DNA of 35,676 nt from an uncultured Coriobacteriia bacterium. GTDB lineage: Bacteria > Actinomycetota > Coriobacteriia > Coriobacteriales > QAMH01. Position 1 is the first letter of the stretch, and each line of letters begins with the position of its first letter. The position numbers and the translations under genes were made by a program. Under the pieces are notes generated by a model. It did not search any database and had not been told where the DNA came from. It was given only the letters and a program-made list of their open reading frames with translations. Shown piece after piece: positions 17,259 through 28,718 of the stretch. The stretch covers positions 1 to 35,676 of the forward strand of contig CATLBX010000004.1 of NCBI GenBank assembly GCA_949879855.1, written 5' to 3'.

Positions 17259-18161
17259 CTACGAGAAGGAGAGGCAGAAGGCGTCGAGCAGGAGGACGGC
17301 GAGGTGTTGCTCCCAACGCTCGCCCGAAACCACGCCGACGACCTCCGAATAGCCCTGGGTGGGAATCTCGATGATGACGCGTCGCGGCGTCGTCTTTGCC
17401 GATGACAGGGCGATGCCGATGCGACGCGCAAACATGAAGTCATCGGAGAACTCGATGAGCGGAATACCGTCCTGGCCATCGACCTCGTTCGAGGTGATGC
17501 CAACCATGAGCATGTTGGAAGGAGGAAACGCCTCGAGCGCATCGGCGCTCATGACATGCGCGTCTTCGGAAGTGGCGCGGGCGAGGTTCGCCACGCGCGA
17601 GGCGACCCCGCGGCCGATTTCGTCCAGCCCGTAGAAGCACGCCTCCATCTTCTCAAGCGCCTCGGCCGCACGCGCGAAGCCCATCTGGGCACCTTCGGCA
17701 CTCGTCGGCTCCTTGCCCTCCCAGGCATGGCGCAGGCGCTCGATTGCATCGTAGGTGGTGGTACCCGCGATGCCATCGTCCATGATTCCCACGCTCAGCT
17801 GGAAGTCACGCAGGGCACGCTCGGTGTGCGCCCCGAAGATGCCGTCGGACTTACCGACGACGAAGCCGAGCACTTCGAGAATCTTCTGCAGCGATCGCAC
17901 GTCGGCGCCGTGGAAATGGGGCATGCGCAGGTAGAGCATGCGGTCGCCGAGTGCGAAGCTCGCGTCGACCAGCGCCGACCAGGCCTGCTGGTCGACGAAG
18001 TCGCCCGGCGGTAGCCCCTCAGATTGCCTAAACTTCCTGACCGCATCGCACGTGCGCTGGAGATACGCGCCATCGACGGCAAGCTCGTAGCCCATGACGC
18101 GCAGGCGTCGTTGCACGTCCTCCACGGCGGCACCGTGATCGTTGCGGCCAATCGTCCTCAT
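17259..18161 (-). CDS. Peptidoglycan-binding domain protein (CwlM-like N-terminus, two PG_binding_1 domains)
   Basis: G..GAAV..VQ.RL..G…AVRKF and G.DV..LQ..L..LGF….DGIFG..T.RALRDFQ…DGIAG repeats. Confidence 0.8.
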   Translation of the reverse strand: MRTIGRNDHGAAVEDVQRRLRVMGYELAVDGAYLQRTCDAVRKFRQSEGLPPGDFVDQQAWSALVDASFALGDRMLYLRMPHFHGADVRSLQKILEVLGFVVGKSDGIFGAHTERALRDFQLSVGIMDDGIAGTTTYDAIERLRHAWEGKEPTSAEGAQMGFARAAEALEKMEACFYGLDEIGRGVASRVANLARATSEDAHVMSADALEAFPPSNMLMVGITSNEVDGQDGIPLIEFSDDFMFARRIGIALSSAKTTPRRVIIEIPTQGYSEVVGVVSGERWEQHLAVLLLDAFCLSFS

Positions 18162-18168
18162 GGGCGCC

Positions 18169-19188
18169 TCAGCTCAACCGGCTCACGAAGAAGTCGCCCA
18201 TCGAGACGAGCAGCTTGCGTACGGGGCTTGCGGGCAGGACCTCTTTGATCTCGTCCTGATGGTCGTGGGCGAGCTTGATGGCGTACGACCGGGCAAAATC
18301 GATCGAGCCGGCCTCCTGCATGATCTGCACGGCACGCTCGAGGCGTGCCGGGTCGGTCTCCTTCGAGGAGAGGATGTCGATGAGCTCGTCGTGTACGGCG
18401 CCGTCCGTGTGCTCGAGCGCGTGCACGACGACAAGCGTGCGCTTGCCCTCGGTGATGTCGCCGCGGAAGTCCTTGCGCGTGGCCTCCTCGGTACCGACGA
18501 GGTTGAGCAGATCGTCCTGGATCTGGAAGGCCAGTCCGGTCGACATGCCGTAGGCGCGCAGGGCCTCGACCTGCTCCTCGCTGCCACCGCCGATGATGGC
18601 GCCGACGGCGAGCGGCACGCCACCCGAATAGAACGCGGTCTTGTGGGCCGCCATGGTCAGGTAGTCCTCAACGGTGATGTCGAAGCGCTCGTCGCGCGCC
18701 CAACCGATGTCGAGCGCCTGGCCCTCGATGGTGCGCGTCGTCATGTCGACGAGCTCCTTGAGCACGCGCAGCTTGACCGCATCGGAAAGCGAGTCGTCCA
18801 CGAGCACGGTGCCCGTGACGAGCGACAGCGCCAGGTCGCCCGCGTTGATGGCGAGGCCTTCGCCAATCTGATGATGCAGGCAGGGCTTGCCGCGCCTGAG
18901 CTGAGACTCGTCGGCGATGTCGTCGTGGATGAGCGCGGCGGTATGGAAGTGCTCGATGGCCGCGCCGGCGGCACGAGCCCTGTCGTCGTCACCGCCCACC
19001 GCCCGACACGCGAGCATGCAGATGAGCGGGCGATGACGCTTGCCCGCGTTGTTCGAGAACTCGGAGAGCGGCCCGTAGAGATAGCGCCACATGTCGGGAT
19101 GCGTGCCCTCTCCGAAGAACCCGGCCATGTATTCGTCGAAGCTTGCCGTCTTCTCGTTCAGAAACTTCTCGAAGATATGATTGACCAT
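18169..19188 (-). CDS. Polyprenyl diphosphate synthase
   Basis: GKRHRP, LIHDDIAD…RRG, GQALD, KT, FQIQDDLL, DITEGK. Confidence 0.95.
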   Translation of the reverse strand: MVNHIFEKFLNEKTASFDEYMAGFFGEGTHPDMWRYLYGPLSEFSNNAGKRHRPLICMLACRAVGGDDDRARAAGAAIEHFHTAALIHDDIADESQLRRGKPCLHHQIGEGLAINAGDLALSLVTGTVLVDDSLSDAVKLRVLKELVDMTTRTIEGQALDIGWARDERFDITVEDYLTMAAHKTAFYSGGVPLAVGAIIGGGSEEQVEALRAYGMSTGLAFQIQDDLLNLVGTEEATRKDFRGDITEGKRTLVVVHALEHTDGAVHDELIDILSSKETDPARLERAVQIMQEAGSIDFARSYAIKLAHDHQDEIKEVLPASPVRKLLVSMGDFFVSRLS

Positions 19189-19240
19189 GCTATTGCGCGT
19201 ACCTCCGCAACGAAAAGGCGCTGGGTGCCGTAATCGCCAA

Positions 19241-19624
19241 CTAGCCCTTCATGTTCTTGCGATAACGCACGAACGTCTCGGCCTGGGCCTTGGTGACGTC
19301 AAGACCGTAGTTCTTGTCGTGCAGCTCCTCTTCACCGACGCGACGGTCGAACTTGCGCTTGCCGTTGACGATGACGCGCTCGATCTCTGGGTCTGCGCCT
19401 TCCTCGGCGGGAGGGGCAAAGACGATGTTGACGGGAACCCTGATGGCGCCGTGAGCGGTGAGGTAGCCGTCCTCATCCTCGGTAACCATCCACTCGATGT
19501 GACCGGGACGGTCGAGAACGAGCGGGCTGTCCTTCATGTGCTCTTCGAGATCGAGTGACGCAAGCGCTGCGACGCGGTATTCCGGCAGCCTGTGGGCCGT
19601 CGTGGAGTTTCCAAACAATGCCAT
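19241..19624 (-). CDS. Hypothetical protein (127 aa)
   Basis: ATG after AAGGGG, host-like codon usage. No family recognised. Confidence 0.7.
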   Translation of the reverse strand: MALFGNSTTAHRLPEYRVAALASLDLEEHMKDSPLVLDRPGHIEWMVTEDEDGYLTAHGAIRVPVNIVFAPPAEEGADPEIERVIVNGKRKFDRRVGEEELHDKNYGLDVTKAQAETFVRYRKNMKG

Positions 19625-19698
19625 ATTTTCCCCCTTGGTCGTGCGTTCCCTCTTGTGCAACCATTGTATATCTTCGCGCGGCGCAAATGAGCGCGATT

Positions 19699-19784
<86 letters not shown>

Positions 19785-19818
19785 ACATGCGGGCTCCTAA
19801 TGCTATCACTGCATGGGG

Positions 19819-20286
19819 TTATTCGTGAACAAAGAATATCGTATCGAGAATGGTGTAGTACCAGGTTTGCGGCGCGGTGATGCTCTTCTCGTCAAGATGG
19901 TCGGGAAGTCTCGAGGCATTGTCGACCGTGCCCTGCTCGTTCGTGACCACGGCCGAGCTCTCCCCTTCCCTGACCCAGCCCAGATCCGAACGCGCCTGGT
20001 TCTCGATGCCCTCCTCGGTCTGCAGGGCGTCGTTCTCGGCCTGGACCGCCTCGTTGCGCTCGGTCACGGCGTCAAGCTGGGCCTGAAGGCGCTGCTCGGT
20101 GCGCATCGTCTTGTAGTAATCGCGGCCAACGGGATAGAGGACGACGATGGCGAGGATGATGACGCAGCCGACGATGGCCAGCGTGCGCCATGAGCGCTCG
20201 CGCTTGCGCACCCTGGGGGCGTCCGTGCGCTGCGAGGGCTTGCGTCTCTTGCCGTCCTTCGTCTTCTTGTCCGACTTTGCGCCCAT
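19819..20286 (-). CDS. Septum formation initiator (FtsB/DivIC family)
   Basis: Basic N-terminus, single TM, coiled coil, IENQARSDLGWVREGE motif. Confidence 0.85.
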   Translation of the reverse strand: MGAKSDKKTKDGKRRKPSQRTDAPRVRKRERSWRTLAIVGCVIILAIVVLYPVGRDYYKTMRTEQRLQAQLDAVTERNEAVQAENDALQTEEGIENQARSDLGWVREGESSAVVTNEQGTVDNASRLPDHLDEKSITAPQTWYYTILDTIFFVHE

Positions 20287-20292
20287 ACCGTC

Positions 20293-20709
20293 CTACTCGA
20301 AGTCGCCCGACGTGGTCTCGAGCTCCGTCTTCGCGCGTTGCCAGAGCTCGACGAGTTGTGCCGTCGTCATGTCGTGCAGCGGGCCTTCCCCAGCTTGCGA
20401 GGCGAGGCGTTCCATCATGCCCCAGCGGCGCCGGAACTTGTCACAGGCACGGTCAAGCGCGTCCTCGGCATCGATGCCCTCCTTGCGGGCCACGTTGACG
20501 AGCGTGAACAGCACGTCGCCAAGCTCCTCGACCTGGTTGTCGCTTCCGGGCACAGCGTCCTTGAATTCGCCGACCTCCTCGCGCACCTTGTCCCAGACCT
20601 GCTCGACGCTCTCCCACTCGAAGCCTGCGGCGACGGCCCGCTCGGATATGAGCTGCGCCTGTCTCAGGGCGGGCAGGTCGCGGGGGATGTCGGCAAACGC
20701 CTGCGGCAT
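20293..20709 (-). CDS. Single-domain MazG-like NTP pyrophosphohydrolase
   Basis: LPAL…GFEW…KVREEVGE…EELGDVLF…KFRRR, matching the C-terminal MazG domain. Confidence 0.85.
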   Translation of the reverse strand: MPQAFADIPRDLPALRQAQLISERAVAAGFEWESVEQVWDKVREEVGEFKDAVPGSDNQVEELGDVLFTLVNVARKEGIDAEDALDRACDKFRRRWGMMERLASQAGEGPLHDMTTAQLVELWQRAKTELETTSGDFE

Positions 20710-21633
20710 CTAGACCTTGAGGTAGCGGCGCATCGCGATGGCCGAGCCCAACATGCCGATGAACACGCCGGCCACGATGAGCACGAGATAGATGGCGGAG
20801 TACACGCCCGGGTCGACCGACAGCGGCAGGAAGCTCACCATGTTCTCGAGGGCGGGGAACACCGTCACGCGCACGAGCGATAAGACGATGATCGCGAACA
20901 GGGCGCCCACCAGCGCCTGTAGCGCGCCTTCCGTCACGAACGGTCCACGAATGAAGCCGTTGGTGGCACCCACCAGACGCATGATCGAGATCTCGCGCCT
21001 GCGTGCCAGAATCGCGAGGCGGATCGTGTTGTTAAGGAAGACGAGCGAGATGAACACGAGCAGCACGACCGCCACGATGCACGCATAGCGGATGACGTTG
21101 GTGACGGCGAAGAGGCGCTCGACCGTGCCCTGCCCGTACTTGATGGAGTCGGACGGGTCCTCGGGATTGTCGGCGATCGCCGTGAAGGTCTCGCTTCCGA
21201 GAATCGCGCTCACCGTGTCTTGCACCTTGTGCGTGTCACGCAGCGTGATGACGTAGGTGCGCGGCAGCGGGTTGCCATCGAGCTGGTTGACGATGTCGGG
21301 GTTGTTCGCGGTCTGGCGCTGGAAGTCCTCCAGGACCTGGTCCTTGTTGCGGAAATCGACCGAGGCAATGTTGCCCGCGTCGTTCTCGAGCGTCTTGAGA
21401 TAGTTGTCGAGGCTCGTTATCTGCTCGTCGGTGGCCTCGTCCGAGATGTAGAGGCGCACGTTGACCTCGTCCTCGAACGAGGAGGCGAGGTTGCCGATCA
21501 TGATCGAGATGATGATGGTCACGCCGATCATGAGAAGGGACAGGAAGATGGTGACGATGCCACCGATGGTCGTGCCGAGATTGCGGCGCGAGCTGATGAT
21601 GGACTCTTTGAGGAAGTAGATGATCTTAGACAT
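20710..21633 (-). CDS. ftsX: Cell division permease FtsX
   Basis: Four-TM layout, NPLP, NTIRLAI.ARRREI.IM.LVGA…I.GPF..EG. Overlaps ftsE. Confidence 0.95.
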   Translation of the reverse strand: MSKIIYFLKESIISSRRNLGTTIGGIVTIFLSLLMIGVTIIISIMIGNLASSFEDEVNVRLYISDEATDEQITSLDNYLKTLENDAGNIASVDFRNKDQVLEDFQRQTANNPDIVNQLDGNPLPRTYVITLRDTHKVQDTVSAILGSETFTAIADNPEDPSDSIKYGQGTVERLFAVTNVIRYACIVAVVLLVFISLVFLNNTIRLAILARRREISIMRLVGATNGFIRGPFVTEGALQALVGALFAIIVLSLVRVTVFPALENMVSFLPLSVDPGVYSAIYLVLIVAGVFIGMLGSAIAMRRYLKV

Positions 21634-22672
21634 CGTATCCGTACACTCCCTTCTTCTGATCGCGGACGAGCGTGCCGTTCTCGAGGGCGAGCACGCGACG
21701 GCGCATCTGGTCGACCATCTCGCGGTCGTGCGTGGCGACGAGAATGGTCGTGCCCGTGCGGTTAATGCGCTCGAGCAGACGCATGATGCCCAGGGAGGTC
21801 TGGGGATCGAGGTTACCAGTCGGCTCGTCGCAGATGAGGATGGGCGGACGGTTGACGATGGAACGCGCGATGGACACGCGCTGCTGCTCGCCGCCGGAAA
21901 GCTGGTCGGGAAGCTTGTCCATCTTGTCCTCGAGGCCGACGAGGCGCAGGACCTCGGGGACCTGGGTGCGGATGACATGGCGTGACTTGCCGATTACCTC
22001 AAGCGCGAAGGCGACGTTCTCGAACGCCGTCTTGTTGGGAAGGAGCTTGAAGTCCTGAAACACGCAGCCGACGCTGCGACGCAGGTACGGGATGCGCCAG
22101 TTCTTGATGGTGCGCAGGTTCTCGCCAGCGACGACGAGCTCGCCGCTCGTGGGAACGATTTCGCGGTTGAGCATGCGGATGAAGGTCGACTTGCCCGAGC
22201 CGGAGTGGCCGACGAGGAACAGGAACTCGCCCGAGCGGATGTCGAGCGTGATGTTGGCGAGCGCGGGCCTGTTGGGCTGCGCCGGGTACACCTTGGTGAC
22301 GTTTCGCATCGAGATGACGACCGGGCCGAGGTTCTGTTTCGCGTTCTCGTCGAGCGCGAGGTCGGCATAGGAGCCAACGGCCTCGGTGGCTGCCGGCATG
22401 CTGGAAGTGGACAGCGGATTCATCTGTCCCGTCTGGTTGGGCTGGGCCGCCTGACGCTGACGCCCGGTGGCACCCGCGACGTTGCGACGAACATCGACGT
22501 TGCTCTCGGCGTCGATACGCGGAAGGCGCGCATCCATCTGCCTGGTCACGCGCGGGTCGTTTGCCGGACGTTGTTCGTTTGCTTGGGGCGCGTGGGCCGA
22601 TTGCCCGCGCGACTTTGACGAGCGGCCGCCCGCTGCATGGGCGCCACGCGACGATTTGCCGAATATTGCCAC
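21626..22672 (-). CDS. ftsE: Cell division ATPase FtsE with long N-terminal extension
   Basis: GHSGSGKST, VFQDFKLL, LSGGEQQR, DEPTGNLD, ATHD. GTG start after GGAG. Confidence 0.95.
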   Translation of the reverse strand: MAIFGKSSRGAHAAGGRSSKSRGQSAHAPQANEQRPANDPRVTRQMDARLPRIDAESNVDVRRNVAGATGRQRQAAQPNQTGQMNPLSTSSMPAATEAVGSYADLALDENAKQNLGPVVISMRNVTKVYPAQPNRPALANITLDIRSGEFLFLVGHSGSGKSTFIRMLNREIVPTSGELVVAGENLRTIKNWRIPYLRRSVGCVFQDFKLLPNKTAFENVAFALEVIGKSRHVIRTQVPEVLRLVGLEDKMDKLPDQLSGGEQQRVSIARSIVNRPPILICDEPTGNLDPQTSLGIMRLLERINRTGTTILVATHDREMVDQMRRRVLALENGTLVRDQKKGVYGYDV

Positions 22673-22782
22673 GTTTCAACTCCGATCTCATTCAGCTTAA
22701 TCGGCTTAGTATTTTAGACCACCGCCCCTGAAGTCCCAACTAAATATTCCGAACATCACAAAGCGTACACGTAGCGAGTCCT

Positions 22783-22813
22783 ATGAGACAAATACCCTGT
22801 GTATTTGTCTCAT
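22783..22813. terminator. 13-bp perfect inverted repeat at the transketolase 3' end
   Basis: ATGAGACAAATAC-CCTGT-GTATTTGTCTCAT, overlapping the TGA stop. Confidence 0.55.
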
Positions 22814-23748
22814 TTGCGGGCGATGGCGGCGCGGGCCTTGGAGGCGATACCGGCGGCGTCCAGGCCGTACTCGGCAAGGAGCTCGTCGGGCTCGCCACTC
22901 GTGCCGAACATGTCGCGTACGCCGACGCGCTCGAGTGGCACGGGATGGTTCTCGCCGATGATGTCGGCGACGGCCGAACCCAGGCCACCGACCGTGGAAT
23001 GCTCTTCGCAGGTGACGACGCAACCGGTTTTCTGGACGCTGGCGAGCAGCGTGGGCTTGTCGAAGGGCTTGACGCTGAACACGTCGATGACCTCGGCCGA
23101 GATGCCCTCCTTCGCAAGCTCGTCGGCGGCAATGAGCGCCTGGGCGACCTCGATGCCGCCGGCCACGAGCGTGACGTCGGTGCCCTCGCGCAGCACGTAG
23201 GACTTGCCGAGCTCGAGCACGGTGCCCTCTTCGTAGACGGTGGGAACCTTGGCGCGGCCCAGGCGGATGTAGAAGGGACCGGGCGTGGTGGCCGCAATGC
23301 GCACGGCCTGCTTGGCGGCCCAGTAGTCGGCCGGGACGAGAACGTTCATGCCCGGCAGACCGCGCATGAGGCTCACGTCCTCGAGCATCTGGTGGCTGCC
23401 GCCATCGGGGCCGACGGAAATGCCCGCGTGGGTGGGCGCGACCTTGACGTCGAGGTCTGCATAGCAGACGGTGTTGCGGATCTGGTCGTAGCAGCGGCCC
23501 GTACCGAAGGCGGCAAAGCTGCCGGTGAAGACCGTCTTGCCGGCAAGCGAGAGGCCGGCGGCGACGCCAATCATGTTCTGCTCGGCGATACCGACGTTGA
23601 CGAAGCGGTCCGGGTCGAGGTCCTGGAGTTTCTTGGTGGTGGTGGAGCCCGACAGGTCGGCCTCGACGGCCATGATGTCGTAGCCCTCCTTGACGAGCTC
23701 GACGAGCGTTTCGCCATAGCCCTCACGGGTTGCGATGGTCTGCGTCAT
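22810..23748 (-). CDS. Transketolase, C-terminal subunit
   Basis: GIAEQNM, GPDGGSHQ, SVKPFD, EEH..GGLG. Confidence 0.93.
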   Translation of the reverse strand: MTQTIATREGYGETLVELVKEGYDIMAVEADLSGSTTTKKLQDLDPDRFVNVGIAEQNMIGVAAGLSLAGKTVFTGSFAAFGTGRCYDQIRNTVCYADLDVKVAPTHAGISVGPDGGSHQMLEDVSLMRGLPGMNVLVPADYWAAKQAVRIAATTPGPFYIRLGRAKVPTVYEEGTVLELGKSYVLREGTDVTLVAGGIEVAQALIAADELAKEGISAEVIDVFSVKPFDKPTLLASVQKTGCVVTCEEHSTVGGLGSAVADIIGENHPVPLERVGVRDMFGTSGEPDELLAEYGLDAAGIASKARAAIARK

Positions 23749-23750
23749 GA

Positions 23751-24596
23751 CTACTCCCCTCCCCCGAGCTCGGCAAGCGCGTCGCGGGCCTGCTCCTCAT
23801 TGGGGGCCTTGCCGTGCCAGCCCGCCTGGTTTTCCATAAACGAGACGCCCTTGCCCTTGACGGTATGAGCGACGATGCAGACGGGCGACCCGTCAAGGAG
23901 CGTTGCCGTCTTGAGGGCGGTGACGATGGCGCTGACATCATGGCCGTCGACTTCGATCGTGCGCCAACCGAAGGACTGGAACTTCGAGCTGATGCCGTCG
24001 AGGCCAGCGACGTCGCGCACGTCGCCGTCTATCTGCAAGTTGTTGTTGTCGACGATGGCGATGAGGTTGTCGAGGCCCTGGTGTGCGGCGAACATGGCCG
24101 CCTCCCACACCTGGCCCTCCTCGATCTCTCCGTCGCCGAGCAGGGTGAAGACGCGGCGCTTGGGACCGCCATCACGCTGCTGGTTGAGGCGTGCGCCCAG
24201 GGCGACGCCCGCGGCGATGGAGAGGCCCTGACCGAGCGAACCGGTCGAGACCTCGACGCCGGGAAGCTTCTTGGAATCGGGATGACCCTGCAGGCGGCTG
24301 TGCAGCTTGCGCAGCGTGAGCAGCTCGTCTTCGGGGATGAGGCCGAGTTCCGCGAGAACGGCATAGAGCACCGGCGCGGCATGACCCTTCGAGAGGATGA
24401 AATAGTCGCGTTCTGGGTGCTGAGGGTCGTCCTCGGAATAGTTCATCACGCCGCCAAAGTAGAGCGACGCCACGATGTCCGCGGCCGAAAGTGATCCACC
24501 GGGATGGCCGCTACCGGCCTCTTTGAGCATCTTGATGATGTTTATGCGCATGCTCTTCGCACGCGCCTCGATCTTGTCTACGGATTCCTCGATCAC
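23751..24596 (-). CDS. Transketolase, N-terminal (TPP-binding) subunit
   Basis: SGHPGGSLS, LSKGH, LQGHP, TGSLGQG, GDGE…N. Start uncertain (GTG 24596 preferred). Confidence 0.93.
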   Translation of the reverse strand: MIEESVDKIEARAKSMRINIIKMLKEAGSGHPGGSLSAADIVASLYFGGVMNYSEDDPQHPERDYFILSKGHAAPVLYAVLAELGLIPEDELLTLRKLHSRLQGHPDSKKLPGVEVSTGSLGQGLSIAAGVALGARLNQQRDGGPKRRVFTLLGDGEIEEGQVWEAAMFAAHQGLDNLIAIVDNNNLQIDGDVRDVAGLDGISSKFQSFGWRTIEVDGHDVSAIVTALKTATLLDGSPVCIVAHTVKGKGVSFMENQAGWHGKAPNEEQARDALAELGGGE

Positions 24597-24700
24597 GCGA
24601 AGACCTCGATTTCTCACAGCCGTCTTTTGGGGCACAGCCCATGATACCCGCTGCGCGAGACATGACGACGAGAAAATCGAGGATTAGGCGGTGACGTGCT

Positions 24701-25804
24701 CTAACCCGCCTCGCTGACGCGCCATTGGTGATAGCCCACGACGAACTCGTCGATGTCGCCATCGAACACCGCATCGACGTTGCCCGTCTCCACACCGCTG
24801 CGCAGGTCCTTCACCATCTGGTAGGGATAGAGCACGTAGTTGCGAATCTGGTTTCCGAACGAGATCTCGTGCTTGGGGCCGCGTAGCTCGTCGAGGGCGC
24901 TGGCGCGCTTCTCCTGCTCGAGCTCGTAGAGCTTGGAGCGCAGGATGCCCATGGCCGTCGCCTTGTTCTGGAGCTGCGAGCGCTCGTTTTGGCAGGTGAC
25001 GACGATGCCGGTGGGCAGATGCGTGATGCGGACGGCGGAATCGGTCGTGTTGACGCCCTGGCCTCCGTGGCCCGACGAGTGGTAGACGTCGATGCGCAGG
25101 TCACCCTCGTCGATTTCGACCTCGATGTCATCGGGCAGCACGGGCAGCACCTCGACGCCGCCAAAGGTGGTCTGGCGGCGCTTCTTCGCGTCCGTGGGGC
25201 TGATGCGCACGAGGCGGTGCACACCCTGTTCGCTCTTGAGCATGCCGTAGGCGTTGTGCCCACTCACCGTGAAGGTCGCACGGTCCAGGCCGATGGCCTC
25301 GCCGGCAGGGGCATCGTTGACGGTGACCTTCCAGTTCTTGCGCTCGGCATAGCGCGTATACATGCGAAACAGCATTTCGGTCCAGTCCTGGGCCTCGAGG
25401 CCACCCTGACCGGGGTTGATGGTCACGATGCAGTCGCCGGAATCGAGCTCGTCGTCGAACCAGGATGCAAGCTCGAGCGCGTCGGCATTGGCCGTGAGCG
25501 CTCGAATCGAGTCGATGACCTCATCCTCGAGCTCGTCGTCACCTTCCATGGCAAGCTCGTTTGCGGTCTCGGCATCTTCGAGAAGCGAGACCGCCCGATC
25601 GTATTCGCCGATTTCATCGCGCAGGGCGGCCGCCTTGCTCATGATCGACTGGGCGTGCTCCTGGTCATCCCAGAATCCTGCCTGCGCCGACTGGTCCTCG
25701 AGCTCGGCCAGCTGCGCGCGCTTGTCATCGATGTGCAGGTACGAGCCCATCTTCTCGATGCGATCGCGCAGGGAGGCAAGCTCCTGTGCGTGGTTTTCCG
25801 CCAT
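24701..25804 (-). CDS. prfB: Peptide chain release factor 2 (SPT variant, no programmed frameshift)
   Basis: GGLEAQDW, GVHRLVRISPT, GGQGVNTTDSAVR, QIRNYV. Directly downstream of secA. Confidence 0.97.
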   Translation of the reverse strand: MAENHAQELASLRDRIEKMGSYLHIDDKRAQLAELEDQSAQAGFWDDQEHAQSIMSKAAALRDEIGEYDRAVSLLEDAETANELAMEGDDELEDEVIDSIRALTANADALELASWFDDELDSGDCIVTINPGQGGLEAQDWTEMLFRMYTRYAERKNWKVTVNDAPAGEAIGLDRATFTVSGHNAYGMLKSEQGVHRLVRISPTDAKKRRQTTFGGVEVLPVLPDDIEVEIDEGDLRIDVYHSSGHGGQGVNTTDSAVRITHLPTGIVVTCQNERSQLQNKATAMGILRSKLYELEQEKRASALDELRGPKHEISFGNQIRNYVLYPYQMVKDLRSGVETGNVDAVFDGDIDEFVVGYHQWRVSEAG

Positions 25805-25815
25805 GACACGCTACC

Positions 25816-28572
<2,757 letters not shown>

Positions 28573-28718
28573 GATTCATGCCTTTATTTTCTGAAACGAT
28601 ATTGGCGTCTGCACTACTTTATCACAGGTCAATGGCGCCCTTTCCTCACGAGTGGGGAACAAATGCATGCCCATAGAAGCCACACATCACGTCCGTGCCA
28701 CTTTCGCCTTTCCGTACG

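Noticed and set aside
25720-25760. Programmed +1 frameshift in prfB
   Set aside because: The frame is continuous (TAC CTG CAC) with no CTT-TGA site, which is normal for Actinomycetota.
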